Origin: an uncultured delta proteobacterium
GTDB taxonomy: Bacteria; Desulfobacterota; Deferrimicrobia; Deferrimicrobiales; Deferrimicrobiaceae
Assembly (NCBI GenBank): GCA_963811025.1
Contig: CAWEPX010000006.1
Span: 50,897 to 114,896, forward strand
Direction: 5' to 3'
Length of the DNA: 64,000 bases
Within the stretch, counting starts at the first letter, position 1. Every line of letters starts with the position of its first letter. Shown here one piece after another: positions 16,462 through 27,241 of the stretch. Under the pieces are notes generated by a model that was given only the letters and a program-made list of their open reading frames with translations, did not search any database and had not been told where the DNA came from. The position numbers and the translations under genes are program-made.

Positions 16462-17861
16462 TTCCCCCGGATGCTTGCCAAGGCGCGTGAGAGGCGGCGA
16501 ATCACCTCGTCCCTGCCGAGTACGTCCATCACCTCGAAAATCCCCGGAGACACCGTTCCGCCCGTGAGGGCGACCCGGACCGGCTGCGCCACCTTCCCCA
16601 GCTTCGCCCCCCTTTTCTCCGCCAAACGGTGGAGGACCGGTTCGATCGCGGCGGGCGTGAATTCGGGAAGGGTGCGAAACTCCCGGGAGATCTCCTCGAA
16701 AAGGGGGGCGATCTCCGGTGTGAGGAACTTCGCCGCCGCTTTCGGGTCCGGATCCCTGGGACGGAAATAGTATTCCGACGAATCCGCCATCTCCTCCAGC
16801 GTCCTCGACCGTTCCTGGAACGTGCGAACCGCCTTCGCCAGCCACGGAGAAGGTTCCGTTTCGATTCCCCGCTTTCCGAGAAACGGGACGAGAAGGCCCG
16901 CCAGCCGCTCGGGTGACCCCGTCTTGATGTAGTGGGCGTTCAGGTGGAGGAGCTTCTCCGGATCGAAGCGGGAGGGCGACTTCCCCACGCTTTCCAGGGT
17001 GAAGATTCCCTGGAGCTCTTGCAGGGAGAAGATCTCCTGGTCGCCGTGGCCCCAGCCCAGCCGGACGAGGTAGTTGACCATCGCCTCCGGGAGATACCCC
17101 CGGTCCCGGTAGGCGGTCACGGAGACATCGTCCTGCCGCTTGGAGAGCTTTCCCCCCTCCATCCCGTGGATGAGGGGAAAGTGACCGAACTTCGGCAGGG
17201 GGTACCCGAGTGCCTCGTACAGAAGGATCTGCCTGGGGGTGTTGTTGAGGTGGTCGTCGCCGCGGAGGACATGGGTGATTCCCATCGATGCGTCGTCCAC
17301 GACCACGACGAAATTGTACGTCGGCAGGCCGTCCGACCGCAGAAGAATGAGATCGTCCAGTTCCCCGTTTTCGTAGGCGACGTCTCCGCGGAGAAGGTCG
17401 CGTACGATCGTCTTGCCCGAGAGGGGGGCGCGGAAGCGGATCACGAAGGGTTTTCCTTCCGCCTCGGACGGAGGCATCTCCCGGCACTTCCGGTCGTAAC
17501 GCGGGGTCTCCCCCCTGGCCCGGGCGGCCTCCCGGCGGGCGTCGAGCTCCCCCGGCGTGCAGACGCACCGGTACGCCTTTCCTTCCCCAAGCAGCCTCCC
17601 TGCCTCCGCCCGGTACCGTTCCATCCGCTCCATCTGGAAGAAGGGGCCCTCGTCCCAGGTAATCCCCAGCCAGGTCATCCCCTCGAGGATCTCCTTCACG
17701 GCCTCCGGGGTCGACCGTTCCTGGTCCGTATCCTCGATGCGCAAGATAAACGTTCCCCCGCTGCGCCGGGCGAAGAGCCAGTTGAAAAGGGCGGTACGTG
17801 CGCCGCCGATATGGAGGTACCCCGTCGGGCTGGGGGCGAAACGCGTTACGACGTCGGGCAT
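16458..17861 (-). CDS. gltX: glutamyl-tRNA synthetase
   Basis: MPDVVTRFAPSPTGYLHIGGARTALFNWLFARRSGGTFILRIEDTDQERST... (HIGH motif), ...KLSKRQ (KMSKS). 467 aa. Convergent with glnS; their stop codons overlap on TTAA at 16458-16461. Confidence 0.93.
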
Positions 17862-17903
17862 GCGGTACCTCTCTTGGCGTGGGTTGGTGAGGGCGTCCGG
17901 GCC

Positions 17904-18713
17904 CTAGAGGAACGCCAGACCCGCGTATCCGACCACCTGTTCACGGTCGCCGCTCACGTCGCCGGAAGTCGAGTACTTTATCAGGATGGAGGATGTGGCG
18001 CCAAGGGCCAGGGACGCGAAAAGCACGACGGTCGCGGGGATTACGCCGCACATCGAAATCCGCTCCGAGCGGACGATCCGGTGGAGCCCTTCCGGGTCGA
18101 GCGCGAGCATGCGCTCGATCGCCGCGCCGTCTTTCTTGCGTGCCAGCGCGTCGGGTTCGTAGTGGGACATGTCGGAGCTCGCGATCAGCAGGGGCGGGTG
18201 GGCATCCTCTGCCACCACACGGCCCACGGCCTCTCCCAGTATCCGGCAATCCGAAAGGGAGAGACGTCCAAGGGCGACAGGGACGAAACGGAATGCCTCC
18301 CGGAACCGCCGAAGGAAGGGAAGCTGGACCTCCAGGGAGTGCTCCCCGCTGTGGGCGGATGCGTCTTCCGAAAAAAGAGGGGATTCCGCAAGAAGGCGTC
18401 CGGCAAGGTCCTCGTCGATCGGCACCTCGCCCCACGGCATTCGCCAGACCCCCCGGGACATGACGGCCGCGTCGTCGCCCACTCCCGTGTGATTGGGGCA
18501 GAAGATGACATTCCGGTCCGGGATCTCCACCGATGAGAAGACTTCCCCCGCCACGCCGGCCGAGTAGACGTAACCCGCGTGGGGCACGACGATCCCCTTG
18601 GCCCGGTGCTTATCCGCGGTGTCCCGGGTGTAGAGGCGGACCACGCGGTCCAGTTCTCGGGCCGTCCCCGGATAGAATTGCCCCGCGACGGCAGGATTCC
18701 GCCCCCTGCTCAT
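17904..18713 (-). CDS. MEMO1-family / AmmeMemoRadiSam system protein B-like
   Basis: MSRGRNPAVAGQFYPGTARELDRVV...KGIVVPHAGYVYSAGVAGEVF...GEHSLEVQLPFL...SSDMSHY...MCGVIPA...STSGDVSGDREQVVGYAGLAF. These are the hallmark Memo-like motifs. Confidence 0.82.
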   Translation of the reverse strand: MSRGRNPAVAGQFYPGTARELDRVVRLYTRDTADKHRAKGIVVPHAGYVYSAGVAGEVFSSVEIPDRNVIFCPNHTGVGDDAAVMSRGVWRMPWGEVPIDEDLAGRLLAESPLFSEDASAHSGEHSLEVQLPFLRRFREAFRFVPVALGRLSLSDCRILGEAVGRVVAEDAHPPLLIASSDMSHYEPDALARKKDGAAIERMLALDPEGLHRIVRSERISMCGVIPATVVLFASLALGATSSILIKYSTSGDVSGDREQVVGYAGLAFL

Positions 18714-18759
18714 ACGGTATTTTATACCACAGGGGCTCCCCGAACAGGCACATTCGCGA

Positions 18760-18788
18760 TTGACACACGGTATGGGGTTTCCTATAGT
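18760..18788 (+). promoter_or_regulatory. strong sigma70-type promoter upstream of yceD-rpmF-plsX-fab genes
   Basis: TTGACA (18760-18765), exactly 17 nt, TATAGT (18783-18788). About 22 nt upstream of the yceD GTG. Confidence 0.6.
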
Positions 18789-18810
18789 ATTTTATTTACT
18801 TTTCGGGGAA

Positions 18811-19362
18811 GTGCGTCGTTTGTACATACGAACGTCCGAAATTCCCCGCGATGGGCTGGATGTCGTCGCCAACCGCGGGAAGGCGTGGGTCCCCCGGCTG
18901 TTGGAGGGGATGAATATGCACCCCCTCCGGGATTGCCGGATGCTCTCTGTCACCCTTTACCTTTCTCTGGAGGGCAGGGATCTGGAGGCCAGCGGGTCCT
19001 TCGTCGCCGGAGGGGAGACAGTGTGCGACCGTTGTGCAGAGCCTGTCACCCTTCGTCTGGAACGGGATTTCCGGACGGTTTTCGTCCCGGCGGACCGGGG
19101 CCCTACCGAGTCCGGAGACCTTGAGCTCCAGGCGGACGACCTCGATATCGCCTTCTACGACGGTGCGGGGATCGAGGTTACGGATATTTTTCTGGAGCAG
19201 GTGGCCCTTGCCCTCCCCGCCAAGGTGCTCTGCCGGGAAGATTGCCGGGGCGTATGCCCCCGTTGCGGAGAGGACAGGAACCGTTCGGAGTGCGATTGTC
19301 CCGGGGAAGCAAGGGAAGGACCGTTCGACGTATTGAAGACATTGAGGAAAGAAAAGGAGTAA
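18811..19362 (+). CDS. yceD: YceD/DUF177 family protein (23S rRNA accumulation protein)
   Basis: GTG 18811 after GGGGAA. ...ETVCDRCAEPVTLRLERDFRTVFVP...DDLDIAFYDGAGIEVTDIFLEQVALALPAKVLCREDCRGVCPRCGEDRNRSECDC. Conserved position immediately upstream of rpmF. Confidence 0.82.
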   Translation: MRRLYIRTSEIPRDGLDVVANRGKAWVPRLLEGMNMHPLRDCRMLSVTLYLSLEGRDLEASGSFVAGGETVCDRCAEPVTLRLERDFRTVFVPADRGPTESGDLELQADDLDIAFYDGAGIEVTDIFLEQVALALPAKVLCREDCRGVCPRCGEDRNRSECDCPGEAREGPFDVLKTLRKEKE

Positions 19363-19365
19363 GCG

Positions 19366-19542
19366 ATGCCGAATCCGAGACGACGGGGCTCCAAGTGCCG
19401 TCGGGACAAGAGAAGGACCCACAAGAAGCTGTCCGATCCCGCACGCAGCACCTGCCGGCAGTGCAAGCAGGTGAAGCGGCCACATGCCGTCTGTCCGAAT
19501 TGTGGAACCTACAACGGCCGGGAAATTCTTGCCAAGGCCTGA
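19366..19542 (+). CDS. rpmF: 50S ribosomal protein L32
   Basis: Manual translation MPNPRRRGSKCRRDKRRTHKKLSDPARSTCRQCKQVKRPHAVCPNCGTYNGREILAKA* (58 aa, below the ORF-track cutoff). AAGGAG SD. yceD-rpmF-plsX synteny. Confidence 0.92.
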   Translation: MPNPRRRGSKCRRDKRRTHKKLSDPARSTCRQCKQVKRPHAVCPNCGTYNGREILAKA

Positions 19543-19564
19543 CGCCCATTTTTTCCTGCCCTCG

Positions 19565-20542
19565 ATGAAAATAGCGATTGACGCGATGGGAGGGGATCAC
19601 GCCCCGGGAGAAGTAGTCCGGGGCGCAGTGGATGCCTTCCGCGAGTTCGGATTTCCCATCGTTCTCGTCGGGAGGGAGGATTTGATCCGTGAGGAGTTGC
19701 GTCGGGCCAAAGCGGAGGAACTGGAAGTGGAGCACGCGTCCGAGGTAGTGGAGATGTGTGATCCTCCCGGCGTGGCTTTCCGGAAGAAGAAGGATTCTTC
19801 CCTGCGTGTCGGTCTCAATCTTGTGGCGGAAGGGAAGGCCTCCTCCTTCGTGAGCGCGGGCAATTCCGGGGCGGTGATGGCCGGGGCGCTTATGGTGCTC
19901 CGGAAGATCCGCGGGATCGACCGGCCGGCGATCGCAGCAACGATCCCGACTCCGACGGGTCCCATCGTTCTCATCGACGCCGGGGCAAACGTGGATTGCA
20001 AGCCGGATCACCTGGTGCAGTTCGGGTGGATGGGGGAAACGTACGCGAGAAAGATCCTCGGGGTCCCGCGTCCTCGCGTGGGTGTGGTGAGCATCGGCGA
20101 GGAGGACTCGAAAGGGACGGACCTCACCCGGGAGACGGCCGCCCTGTTTCGCAAGACAGAACTGCCCTTTGTGGGAAACCTGGAGGGGAGGGATTTCTTC
20201 ATCGGGAAGGCCGACGTGTTCGTCTGCGACGGGTTCGTGGGGAACGTCATCCTCAAGACGATGGAAGGGATGGCGACGGCCCTGGTGGATTTCCTGCGGG
20301 AGGAGATTCTCAAATCGCAGATGGCGAAGTTCGGAGCCCTCCTTGCAGGGGGGGCGATCCGGCGGGTCAAGACGAAGCTGGACTACGCCGAATACGGCGG
20401 CGCGCCGCTGCTCGGGGTGAAGGGAGGGGTCGTGATCTGTCACGGCTCGTCGGACGCACGCGCGATGAAAAACGCGATCCGTTCCGCGGGCTCGCTCCAC
20501 CGGGACAGGGTGGAAGAGGAGATCGCGCGGATGGTCACCTGA
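19565..20542 (+). CDS. plsX: phosphate acyltransferase PlsX
   Basis: MKIAIDAMGGDHAPGEVVRGAVDAFREFG...SAGNSGAVMAGA...IDAGANVDCKP...GNLEGRD...VCDGFVGNVILKT...EYGGAPLLGVKG.VVICHGSS. Confidence 0.93.
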   Translation: MKIAIDAMGGDHAPGEVVRGAVDAFREFGFPIVLVGREDLIREELRRAKAEELEVEHASEVVEMCDPPGVAFRKKKDSSLRVGLNLVAEGKASSFVSAGNSGAVMAGALMVLRKIRGIDRPAIAATIPTPTGPIVLIDAGANVDCKPDHLVQFGWMGETYARKILGVPRPRVGVVSIGEEDSKGTDLTRETAALFRKTELPFVGNLEGRDFFIGKADVFVCDGFVGNVILKTMEGMATALVDFLREEILKSQMAKFGALLAGGAIRRVKTKLDYAEYGGAPLLGVKGGVVICHGSSDARAMKNAIRSAGSLHRDRVEEEIARMVT

Positions 20543-20634
20543 GGACGCATGTCTGATGGCGGCGGGGGTGCCGGAATGAGCGATCTCCCCGGGACGGAAG
20601 GACCGGGGGATGGGGAAGAAAGGGGGGAGCGATA

Positions 20635-21612
20635 ATGGGATCGAAAATCGTCGGGATGGGGATGTGCGCCCCGCCGAAAGCGTTGACCAATGCAGGACTC
20701 GAAAAGATGGTCGATACGTCCGACTCCTGGATCATGGAGCGGACGGGGATCAAGGAGCGGAGAATCGCGGAACCGAATAGCGCCACGTCCGATTTTTGCC
20801 TGGAGGCATCGCGTCGCGCGCTGACGGAAGCGGGCATAAGCCCCTCCGAGATCGACATCATCGTCGTCGGGACCTGCACTCCCGACATGCCGATTCCTTC
20901 CACCGCATGTTTTCTGCAGATGAAGATCGGCGCGGAGCGCGCCTTTGCGCTGGACGTGAACGCGGCCTGCTCCGGCTTTCTATACTCCCTTACCACTGCG
21001 GACGCGTTAATCCGCGCCGGCCGCGGGAAGAAAGCGCTTGTCGTGGGAGCCGACCTCCTGTCGACCGCCACCGACTATTCAGACCGGAACACGTGCATCC
21101 TCTTCGGGGACGGGGCGGGAGCGGTGGTGATTGCCGAGTGCCCGGACGGGGAGGGGGTGTTGAGCTGCCATCTCCATTCCGACGGTCGCCTGTGGGAGCT
21201 GATTTACGCTCCGGGTTGCGGGACGATTCACCCGTGCGGGCCGGAGATTGTGGAGAAGCGGATGCACGCGATCCGTCTGGCGGGAAACGAGGTGTTCAAG
21301 CAGGCGGTTACGAAAATGGTCGAGGTTGCCCAGGAGGCCCTTAGGCGAAACAACGTGGACATTTCGGATGTCGCCCTTTTCGTGCCCCACCAGGCCAACA
21401 TGCGAATCATCAGTGCGGTCGGGAAGCGGCTCGGAGTTTCCGGGGAAAAAGTGTTCGTAAACCTCGAGCGGTACGGGAACACCTCCGCCGCCTCCATCCC
21501 GATTGCCCTCACGGAAGCCAGGGAACAGGGGCGGTTCGCGAAGGGGGACCTGGTTCTTCTTGCGTCCTTCGGAGGGGGGCTGACCTGGGGCGCCGCCCTG
21601 CTTCGAATGTAG
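20635..21612 (+). CDS. fabH: 3-oxoacyl-ACP synthase III
   Basis: ...LEKMVDTSDSWIMERTGIKERRI...DVNAACSGFLYSL...ILFGDGAGAVV...VPHQANMRII...ERYGNTSAASIPIAL...FGGGLTWGAALLRM. Confidence 0.93.
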   Translation: MGSKIVGMGMCAPPKALTNAGLEKMVDTSDSWIMERTGIKERRIAEPNSATSDFCLEASRRALTEAGISPSEIDIIVVGTCTPDMPIPSTACFLQMKIGAERAFALDVNAACSGFLYSLTTADALIRAGRGKKALVVGADLLSTATDYSDRNTCILFGDGAGAVVIAECPDGEGVLSCHLHSDGRLWELIYAPGCGTIHPCGPEIVEKRMHAIRLAGNEVFKQAVTKMVEVAQEALRRNNVDISDVALFVPHQANMRIISAVGKRLGVSGEKVFVNLERYGNTSAASIPIALTEAREQGRFAKGDLVLLASFGGGLTWGAALLRM

Positions 21613-21620
21613 GGGGAGAG

Positions 21621-22553
21621 ATGGGGATCGGTCTGCTCTTTCCCGGACAGGCGTCCCAGTTTCCGGGGATGGGAAAGGAACTGCACGAAGCCTACCCGGT
21701 CGCGCGGGAGGTCTTCGATGAGGCTTCCGACGCTCTCGGGTTCTCCCTGGCCGACCTTTGTTTCCGCGGTTCGGCGGAAGATCTCCGGATGACCGAGAAT
21801 ACCCAGCCCTCCATCTTTGCCGTGAGCGTCGCTGCCTATCGGGTTCTCGCGGAAGAGACGGGAATCCGTCCCCTGTGCGCCGCGGGGCACTCTCTCGGCG
21901 AGTACTCGGCCCTTGTGGCCTCCGGCGCCCTGTCCCTGTCCGATGCGGTCCGGTTGCTCCGGTCGCGAGGAAGGTTCATGCAGGAGGCCGTTCCGTCGGG
22001 GGAGGGAGCGATGGCCGCCGTGATCGGCCTTCCCCCGGAAGTCGTGGGAGACATTTGCCGCGATGCCGGACGGGAAGGGGTGGTCGAACCGGCGAACTTC
22101 AACGGAGGGGACCAGATCGTGATCTCCGGGAGCGCCCGGGCGGTGGCGGCCGCGTGCGAGGCGGCAAAATCGGCAGGCGCGAAAAAGGTGATGCCGCTTC
22201 CGGTGAGCGCTCCGTTCCACTGCGCTCTTATGGAACCGGCCGCCGAAAGGCTCGCCCCTGCCCTGAGGGCGGCGACCCCCGGGAAGTTCTCCTTCCCGGT
22301 GGTGGCCAACGTCACGGCGGACACGTATCCGCACGGAGCAGGGGTGGCGGAGATCCTCATCCGGCAGATCGTCTCCCCCGTGCGGTGGGAGGAGTGCGTC
22401 CGGCGGATGCGGGCCATGGGAGTGACATCGTACCTGGAATTGGGGCCCGGGAAGGTTCTCACCGGACTGCTGCGCAGGATCGAGAGAGATGTGCCGGCGG
22501 CGGCGTTCTGCTCGCCTGCGGACCTGCCGGCCGTCCGCAGTCTGGCCGGGTGA
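21621..22553 (+). CDS. fabD: ACP S-malonyltransferase
   Basis: MGIGLLFPGQASQFPGMGKEL...TENTQPSIFAVSVA...AAGHSLGEYSALVASG...NFNGGDQIVISG...LPVSAPFHCALM. Confidence 0.93.
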   Translation: MGIGLLFPGQASQFPGMGKELHEAYPVAREVFDEASDALGFSLADLCFRGSAEDLRMTENTQPSIFAVSVAAYRVLAEETGIRPLCAAGHSLGEYSALVASGALSLSDAVRLLRSRGRFMQEAVPSGEGAMAAVIGLPPEVVGDICRDAGREGVVEPANFNGGDQIVISGSARAVAAACEAAKSAGAKKVMPLPVSAPFHCALMEPAAERLAPALRAATPGKFSFPVVANVTADTYPHGAGVAEILIRQIVSPVRWEECVRRMRAMGVTSYLELGPGKVLTGLLRRIERDVPAAAFCSPADLPAVRSLAG

Positions 22554-22613
22554 AGTTTTTCCTTGTACGGTCGCTGAATTTGTGGGTATGAACTTCGGGG
22601 AGGGAGGGGCAAG

Positions 22614-23357
22614 ATGCGGCTTTCCGGCAAGGTAGCATTGGTCACGGGCTCTGCGCGGGGCATCGGGAAGACCATCGTGGAACGATTCGCCGCGGAGGGC
22701 GCCGTCGTGGTGTTAAGCGATGTCACCAACGAGGCGGCAGCGGCGGAGACGCTCGCCGCCATCGTGGGCGGGGGAGGAAAGGGGATGGTGGAAATGTTCG
22801 ACGTGGGCGACGCCGCCCAGGTCGAAGCCGCCGTTCAGCGCATCCTCGCGGAGCAGGGCCGCATCGACATCCTCGTGAACAACGCCGGCATCACCCGGGA
22901 CAACCTGCTGATGCGACTGTCGGAGGAAGATTTCGACGCCGTCCTGCGGACGAATCTCAAGGGGACATTTCTTCTGACGAAGGCGGTATCGAGGCCCATG
23001 ATGAAGCAGCGCAGCGGCAGGATCGTCAACCTGAGTTCCGTCGTGGGGCAGATGGGCAACGCCGGGCAGTCGAATTATTCCGCGGCGAAGGCCGGTATCA
23101 TCGGGTTCACGAAGTCGATGGCGCGCGAGCTGGCCTCGCGAGGCGTTACCGTCAACGCGATCGCACCGGGATTCATCATGACGGCCATGACGGCGGCTTT
23201 GCCGGAGAACGTCCGGAAAGGGTTTCTCGATCAGATCCCGATGGGGAAATTCGGCACCCCGGAAGACGTAGCCGAACTCGCGGTCTTCCTTGCCTCCGAT
23301 GGCGCCTCGTACGTCACCGGGCAAGTGATCGGGATTAACGGCGGGTTGTACATGTGA
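22614..23357 (+). CDS. fabG: 3-oxoacyl-ACP reductase
   Basis: MRLSGKVALVTGSARGIGKTI...LVNNAGITRDNLLMRLSEEDFDAVLRTNLKG...NLSSVVGQMGNAGQSNYSAAKAGIIGFTKS...NAIAPGFI...ASYVTGQVIGINGGLYM. Confidence 0.93.
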   Translation: MRLSGKVALVTGSARGIGKTIVERFAAEGAVVVLSDVTNEAAAAETLAAIVGGGGKGMVEMFDVGDAAQVEAAVQRILAEQGRIDILVNNAGITRDNLLMRLSEEDFDAVLRTNLKGTFLLTKAVSRPMMKQRSGRIVNLSSVVGQMGNAGQSNYSAAKAGIIGFTKSMARELASRGVTVNAIAPGFIMTAMTAALPENVRKGFLDQIPMGKFGTPEDVAELAVFLASDGASYVTGQVIGINGGLYM

Positions 23358-23387
23358 AGGGTATACTACCTAGAGGGAGGGCGTGAG

Positions 23388-23621
23388 ATGTCGGTGGAAA
23401 AAAAAGTGAAGGAGATCGTTGCCGAGCAGCTGGGAAAGGACTCGAATGAAGTAACCATCGATGCGTCTTTCATCGACGACCTGGGAGCGGATTCCCTCGA
23501 TATCGTCGAGCTGGTGATGGCGATGGAGGACGAGTTCGGGATCGAGATTCCGGACGAGGAGGCGGAAAAGATCAAAACCGTCAAGGACGTCATCGATTAC
23601 ATCAAGGCGAACGCGAAGTAA
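23388..23621 (+). CDS. acpP: acyl carrier protein
   Basis: [77 protein letters not shown], with the DSLD phosphopantetheine site. Confidence 0.95.
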   Translation: MSVEKKVKEIVAEQLGKDSNEVTIDASFIDDLGADSLDIVELVMAMEDEFGIEIPDEEAEKIKTVKDVIDYIKANAK

Positions 23622-23645
23622 CAAGCGGGGCGTTCGGGGTTCCGG

Positions 23646-23663
23646 CGGAGGGTTTTCCCTCCG
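23646..23663 (+). other. stable hairpin between acpP and fabF (possible mRNA-stabilising or attenuating element)
   Basis: CGGAGGG-tttt-CCCTCCG, a 7-bp GC stem with a tetraloop. No T-run follows, so it is not a canonical terminator. Confidence 0.35.
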
Positions 23664-23693
23664 GATGCGGGAACCGGGTGCCGGGAGGTCAGG

Positions 23694-24932
23694 ATGCGGA
23701 GGGTGGTAGTCACGGGACTGGGGGCAGTCACGCCGCTGGGCGTGGGGTTGGGACCTACGTGGGAGGCGATCCTCGCCGGCCGGTCGGGGGTGGGTCGGAT
23801 CACGAAGTTCGACCCGTCGGATTTCCCGACGAGGATAGCCGCAGAGGTGAAGGGATTTGTCCCCGAGGACCATGTCGACAGGAAAGAGGTCAAGCGGATG
23901 GACCCTTTCATCCACCTGGCAATGGCGTCAGCCCATTTCGCGATGACCGACTCCGGCCTGACGATCGACGAAGAGCTTGCGCCGCGCGTCGGTGTGTACA
24001 TGGGCAGTGGGCTGGGCGGTCTTTCTACCCTGGAGCGGTACCACAAGGCCTACCTCGAGGACGGAGTGCGGAAGATCAGCCCGTTCTTCATCCCTATGCT
24101 CATCTCCAATCTCGCCCCGGGGCACATTGCGATCCGGTACGGAGCGAAGGGCCCCAACATCACGACGACCACCGCGTGCTCCGCGTCCAGCCACGCCATC
24201 GGGGAAGCGTTGCTGGCAGTCCGACGGGGCGTCTGCGACGCGGTAATCGCGGGGGGATCCGAGGCGACCATCACTCCCATGGCGTTAGGGGGATTCTGCG
24301 CGATGAAGGCACTCTCCACGCGCAACGACGACCCCACGGGTGCCTCAAGGCCGTTCGAGAGGGACCGGGACGGATTCGTCATGGGGGAGGGGGCCGCCAT
24401 GCTCGTCCTCGAGGAGCTCGAGTTCGCCAAAAAGCGGGGTGCGAAGATCTATGCGGAGCTTTGCGGCTACGGCGCAACGGGCGACGCGCATCATATCACT
24501 GCGCCCGCGCCGGGCGGGGAGGGTGCCGTGCGGTGCATGCGCGCCGCCATGGAGGATGCCCGGGTAAGTCCCGAGGAGGTCGGATATATAAACGCCCACG
24601 GGACCTCAACACCCTACAACGACCTGTTCGAAACGATGGCGATCAAGACGGTGTTCGGAGGCCATGCACGGAAACTGATGGTGAGCTCCACGAAATCGAT
24701 GACGGGGCACCTGCTGGGCGCCACCGGCGCTCTCGAGGGAACCTTTTCGGTGCTGGCGATCCGCGAGGGGATCATTCCTCCGACGATCAACTACGAGACG
24801 GCCGACCCCGAATGCGACCTGGACTATGTGCCCAATACGGCGCGCCGGAAGGAGGTCCGGTACGTCCTCTCCAACTCGTTCGGTTTCGGGGGGACGAACT
24901 CGTGTCTGCTCTTCGGCAAGTTTTCCGGATGA
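23694..24932 (+). CDS. fabF: 3-oxoacyl-ACP synthase II
   Basis: [16 protein letters not shown]...[14 protein letters not shown]...[11 protein letters not shown]...[13 protein letters not shown]...[15 protein letters not shown]. Confidence 0.94.
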   Translation: MRRVVVTGLGAVTPLGVGLGPTWEAILAGRSGVGRITKFDPSDFPTRIAAEVKGFVPEDHVDRKEVKRMDPFIHLAMASAHFAMTDSGLTIDEELAPRVGVYMGSGLGGLSTLERYHKAYLEDGVRKISPFFIPMLISNLAPGHIAIRYGAKGPNITTTTACSASSHAIGEALLAVRRGVCDAVIAGGSEATITPMALGGFCAMKALSTRNDDPTGASRPFERDRDGFVMGEGAAMLVLEELEFAKKRGAKIYAELCGYGATGDAHHITAPAPGGEGAVRCMRAAMEDARVSPEEVGYINAHGTSTPYNDLFETMAIKTVFGGHARKLMVSSTKSMTGHLLGATGALEGTFSVLAIREGIIPPTINYETADPECDLDYVPNTARRKEVRYVLSNSFGFGGTNSCLLFGKFSG

Positions 24933-25023
24933 GGATCCTCCCAGAGAGCGGCAAGATGGCCGCCGCCACGCCCTCCGGCAGGGGAAGAGATGCCGGAGCG
25001 ATAACCGTAAAAGGAGCAGAAGC

Positions 25024-26288
25024 ATGTCCCATCTGAAAACCGTCGACCCGGAGGTCTACGAGGTAATACGACGGGAGACGGAACGCCAGGCGCATCAGCT
25101 CGAGCTCATCGCGTCGGAGAATTTCGTGAGCGATGCGGTGCTCGAAGCGACGGGGTCCCTCCTTACGAACAAGTACGCCGAAGGATATCCCGGGAAACGG
25201 TACTACGGGGGATGCGAATTCGTCGACCAGGCCGAGTCGCTGGCGATCTCCCGGGCGAAGAAGATCTTCGGGGCCGACCACGTCAACGTGCAACCGCATT
25301 CCGGGTCCCAGGCGAACATGGCCGTCTACCTGGCGGTGATGAATCCCGGCGACACGATGCTGGGGATGAACCTGACGCACGGGGGACACCTGACGCACGG
25401 CAGCCCCGTCAACTTTTCCGGCAAGCTGTTCCGGGTCGTCGCCTACGGCGTCCGTCCCGACACGGAAACGATCGATTTCGACCAGGTCAGGGCGCTGGCG
25501 CTCGAGCACCGTCCCAAGCTGATCGTGGTGGGGGCGTCCGCTTATCCGCGGATCATCGAATTCGCCCCGTTCCGGGAGATCGCGGACGAGGCGGGCTGCA
25601 TGGTAATGGCAGACATCGCCCACGTGGCGGGCATGGTGGCGGTGGGGCTGCACCCCAACCCCGTCCCGTACTGCGAGTTCGTTACCACCACCACTCACAA
25701 GACGCTTCGGGGTCCCCGGGGGGGGATGATCCTGTGTCGTGAGGACATGGCCAAGAAACTCAACTCCTCCATCTTTCCCGGCACGCCAGGGCGGTCCGCT
25801 CATGCACGTGATAGCCGCCAAGGCTGTGATGCTCCGCGAGGCGATGACGCCGGAATTCCAAACCTATCAGAAACAGATCCTGTCCAACGCACAGGCCTTC
25901 GCAGGAACGCTGTTGGCCCGGGGATTCCGGCTTGTGTCCGGCGGGACGGACAACCACCTCCTGCTCGTGAATCTCAAGGACACGCCGCTTACCGGGAAGG
26001 AGGCCGAGGAGGACCTTGAGCGGGTGGGGATCACCGTCAACAAGAACACCGTTCCCTTCGAGACGCAGAAGTCCCTTCGTCACCAGCGGCATCCGGATCG
26101 GAACCCCCGCGGTGACGACACGGGGGATGAAGGAACCGGAGATGGAACGGATCGCGAACATGATCGCGGACGTCCTCAACGCTCCGGAGGACCTGACGGT
26201 GAAGCAACGAGTATCCCGGGAGGTGCGTGCGCTGTGCGATGCCTTTCCCCTGTACCCGGAGAGGATCGCCGCCTACGCCGCGAGGTAG
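25024..26288 (+). CDS. glyA: serine hydroxymethyltransferase (two apparent +1 frameshifts near 25784-25787 and 26070-26076)
   Basis: Frame 1: [63 protein letters not shown]...[18 protein letters not shown]...SSIFPGT. Frame 2: [19 protein letters not shown]...[15 protein letters not shown]...[11 protein letters not shown]. Frame 3: [21 protein letters not shown]... AAGGAG SD before ATG 25024. Confidence 0.9.
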
Positions 26289-26292
26289 CGCG

Positions 26293-26763
26293 ATGAAGAC
26301 CGCTTCGCGTGTCCGGCCGGACTGGGATTCCTACTTCATGGACATGGCGAAACTCGCCGCCCGGCGATCCTCCTGTCTCCGGCGGGCCGTCGGTGCGGTG
26401 CTGGTGAAGGAACGCCGCCTGCTGGCCACCGGCTACAACGGCGTTCCCTCCGGTGTCACCCATTGCGAGATCACCGGCTGCCTGCGGGAGAAGCTGAATG
26501 TCCCTTCCGGGGAGAGGCACGAACTCTGCCGGGGCCTGCACGCCGAACAGAACGCAATCATACAGGCGGCCCTGCACGGGGTTTCCACACGGGACGCGAT
26601 TCTCTACTGCACGAACCTTCCCTGCATCATCTGCGCAAAGATGCTGATCAACTCGGGAGTCCGGCGCGTGGTCTATCTCGACGGATACTGCGACCCTCTC
26701 ACCGAAGAAATGCTGGCCGAAGTGGGGGTGGAACTGGTTCGTATGGAGAACAACGCCCCTTGA
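26293..26763 (+). CDS. dCMP/cytidine deaminase family protein (ComEB-type)
   Basis: [50 protein letters not shown]...HAEQNAI...[16 protein letters not shown] (HAE / PCxxC zinc motifs). Confidence 0.85.
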   Translation: MKTASRVRPDWDSYFMDMAKLAARRSSCLRRAVGAVLVKERRLLATGYNGVPSGVTHCEITGCLREKLNVPSGERHELCRGLHAEQNAIIQAALHGVSTRDAILYCTNLPCIICAKMLINSGVRRVVYLDGYCDPLTEEMLAEVGVELVRMENNAP

Positions 26764-27236
26764 AGTGCCCACGGTGCGGTCATGGGGACAATCGGGTCGT
26801 CGATTCCCGGGCCGGCAAGGACGGGACCGTCATCCGGAGGCGGCGGGAATGTCTCTCCTGCCGACGCCGGTTCACCACCTACGAGAGGGTCGAGGAGGAG
26901 CTTCCTCTCGTGGTGAAGAGGGACGGGCGACGCGAGCCGTTCGACCGGCAGAAGATCCTCACGGGCGTCCTGAAGGCCTGCGAGAAGCGTCCGGTGAGCT
27001 ACGCCGTCATCGAGGAGGTGGTCGACTCGCTGGAGTCGAGGTTCCAGGCATCCGGCGAGAAGGAGGTGTCCTCGGTACAGATCGGGGAGAGCGTGATGGC
27101 TGAGCTTCTCAAGATGGACGACGTCGCCTACGTACGATTCGCCTCCGTCTACCGCCAGTTTAAGGACATCAGCCAGTTCGTGGAGGAGATCAAGACACTG
27201 ATCTCGGAGCCTCCCGAACGGCCGCCGAAGCCGTAA
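26760..27236 (+). CDS. nrdR: transcriptional repressor NrdR
   Basis: TTG 26760 overlaps the deaminase TGA (TTGA). (M)[45 protein letters not shown] (zinc ribbon) followed by an ATP-cone ...[26 protein letters not shown]. Confidence 0.9.
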   Translation: MKCPRCGHGDNRVVDSRAGKDGTVIRRRRECLSCRRRFTTYERVEEELPLVVKRDGRREPFDRQKILTGVLKACEKRPVSYAVIEEVVDSLESRFQASGEKEVSSVQIGESVMAELLKMDDVAYVRFASVYRQFKDISQFVEEIKTLISEPPERPPKP

Positions 27237-27241
27237 AACGG

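Noticed and set aside
27237-27241. FMN riboswitch (RFN element) upstream of the rib operon.
   Set aside because: Only 5 nt separate nrdR from ribD, and the whole nrdR-ribD-E-BA-H-nusB block is contiguous. There is no room for a leader RNA.
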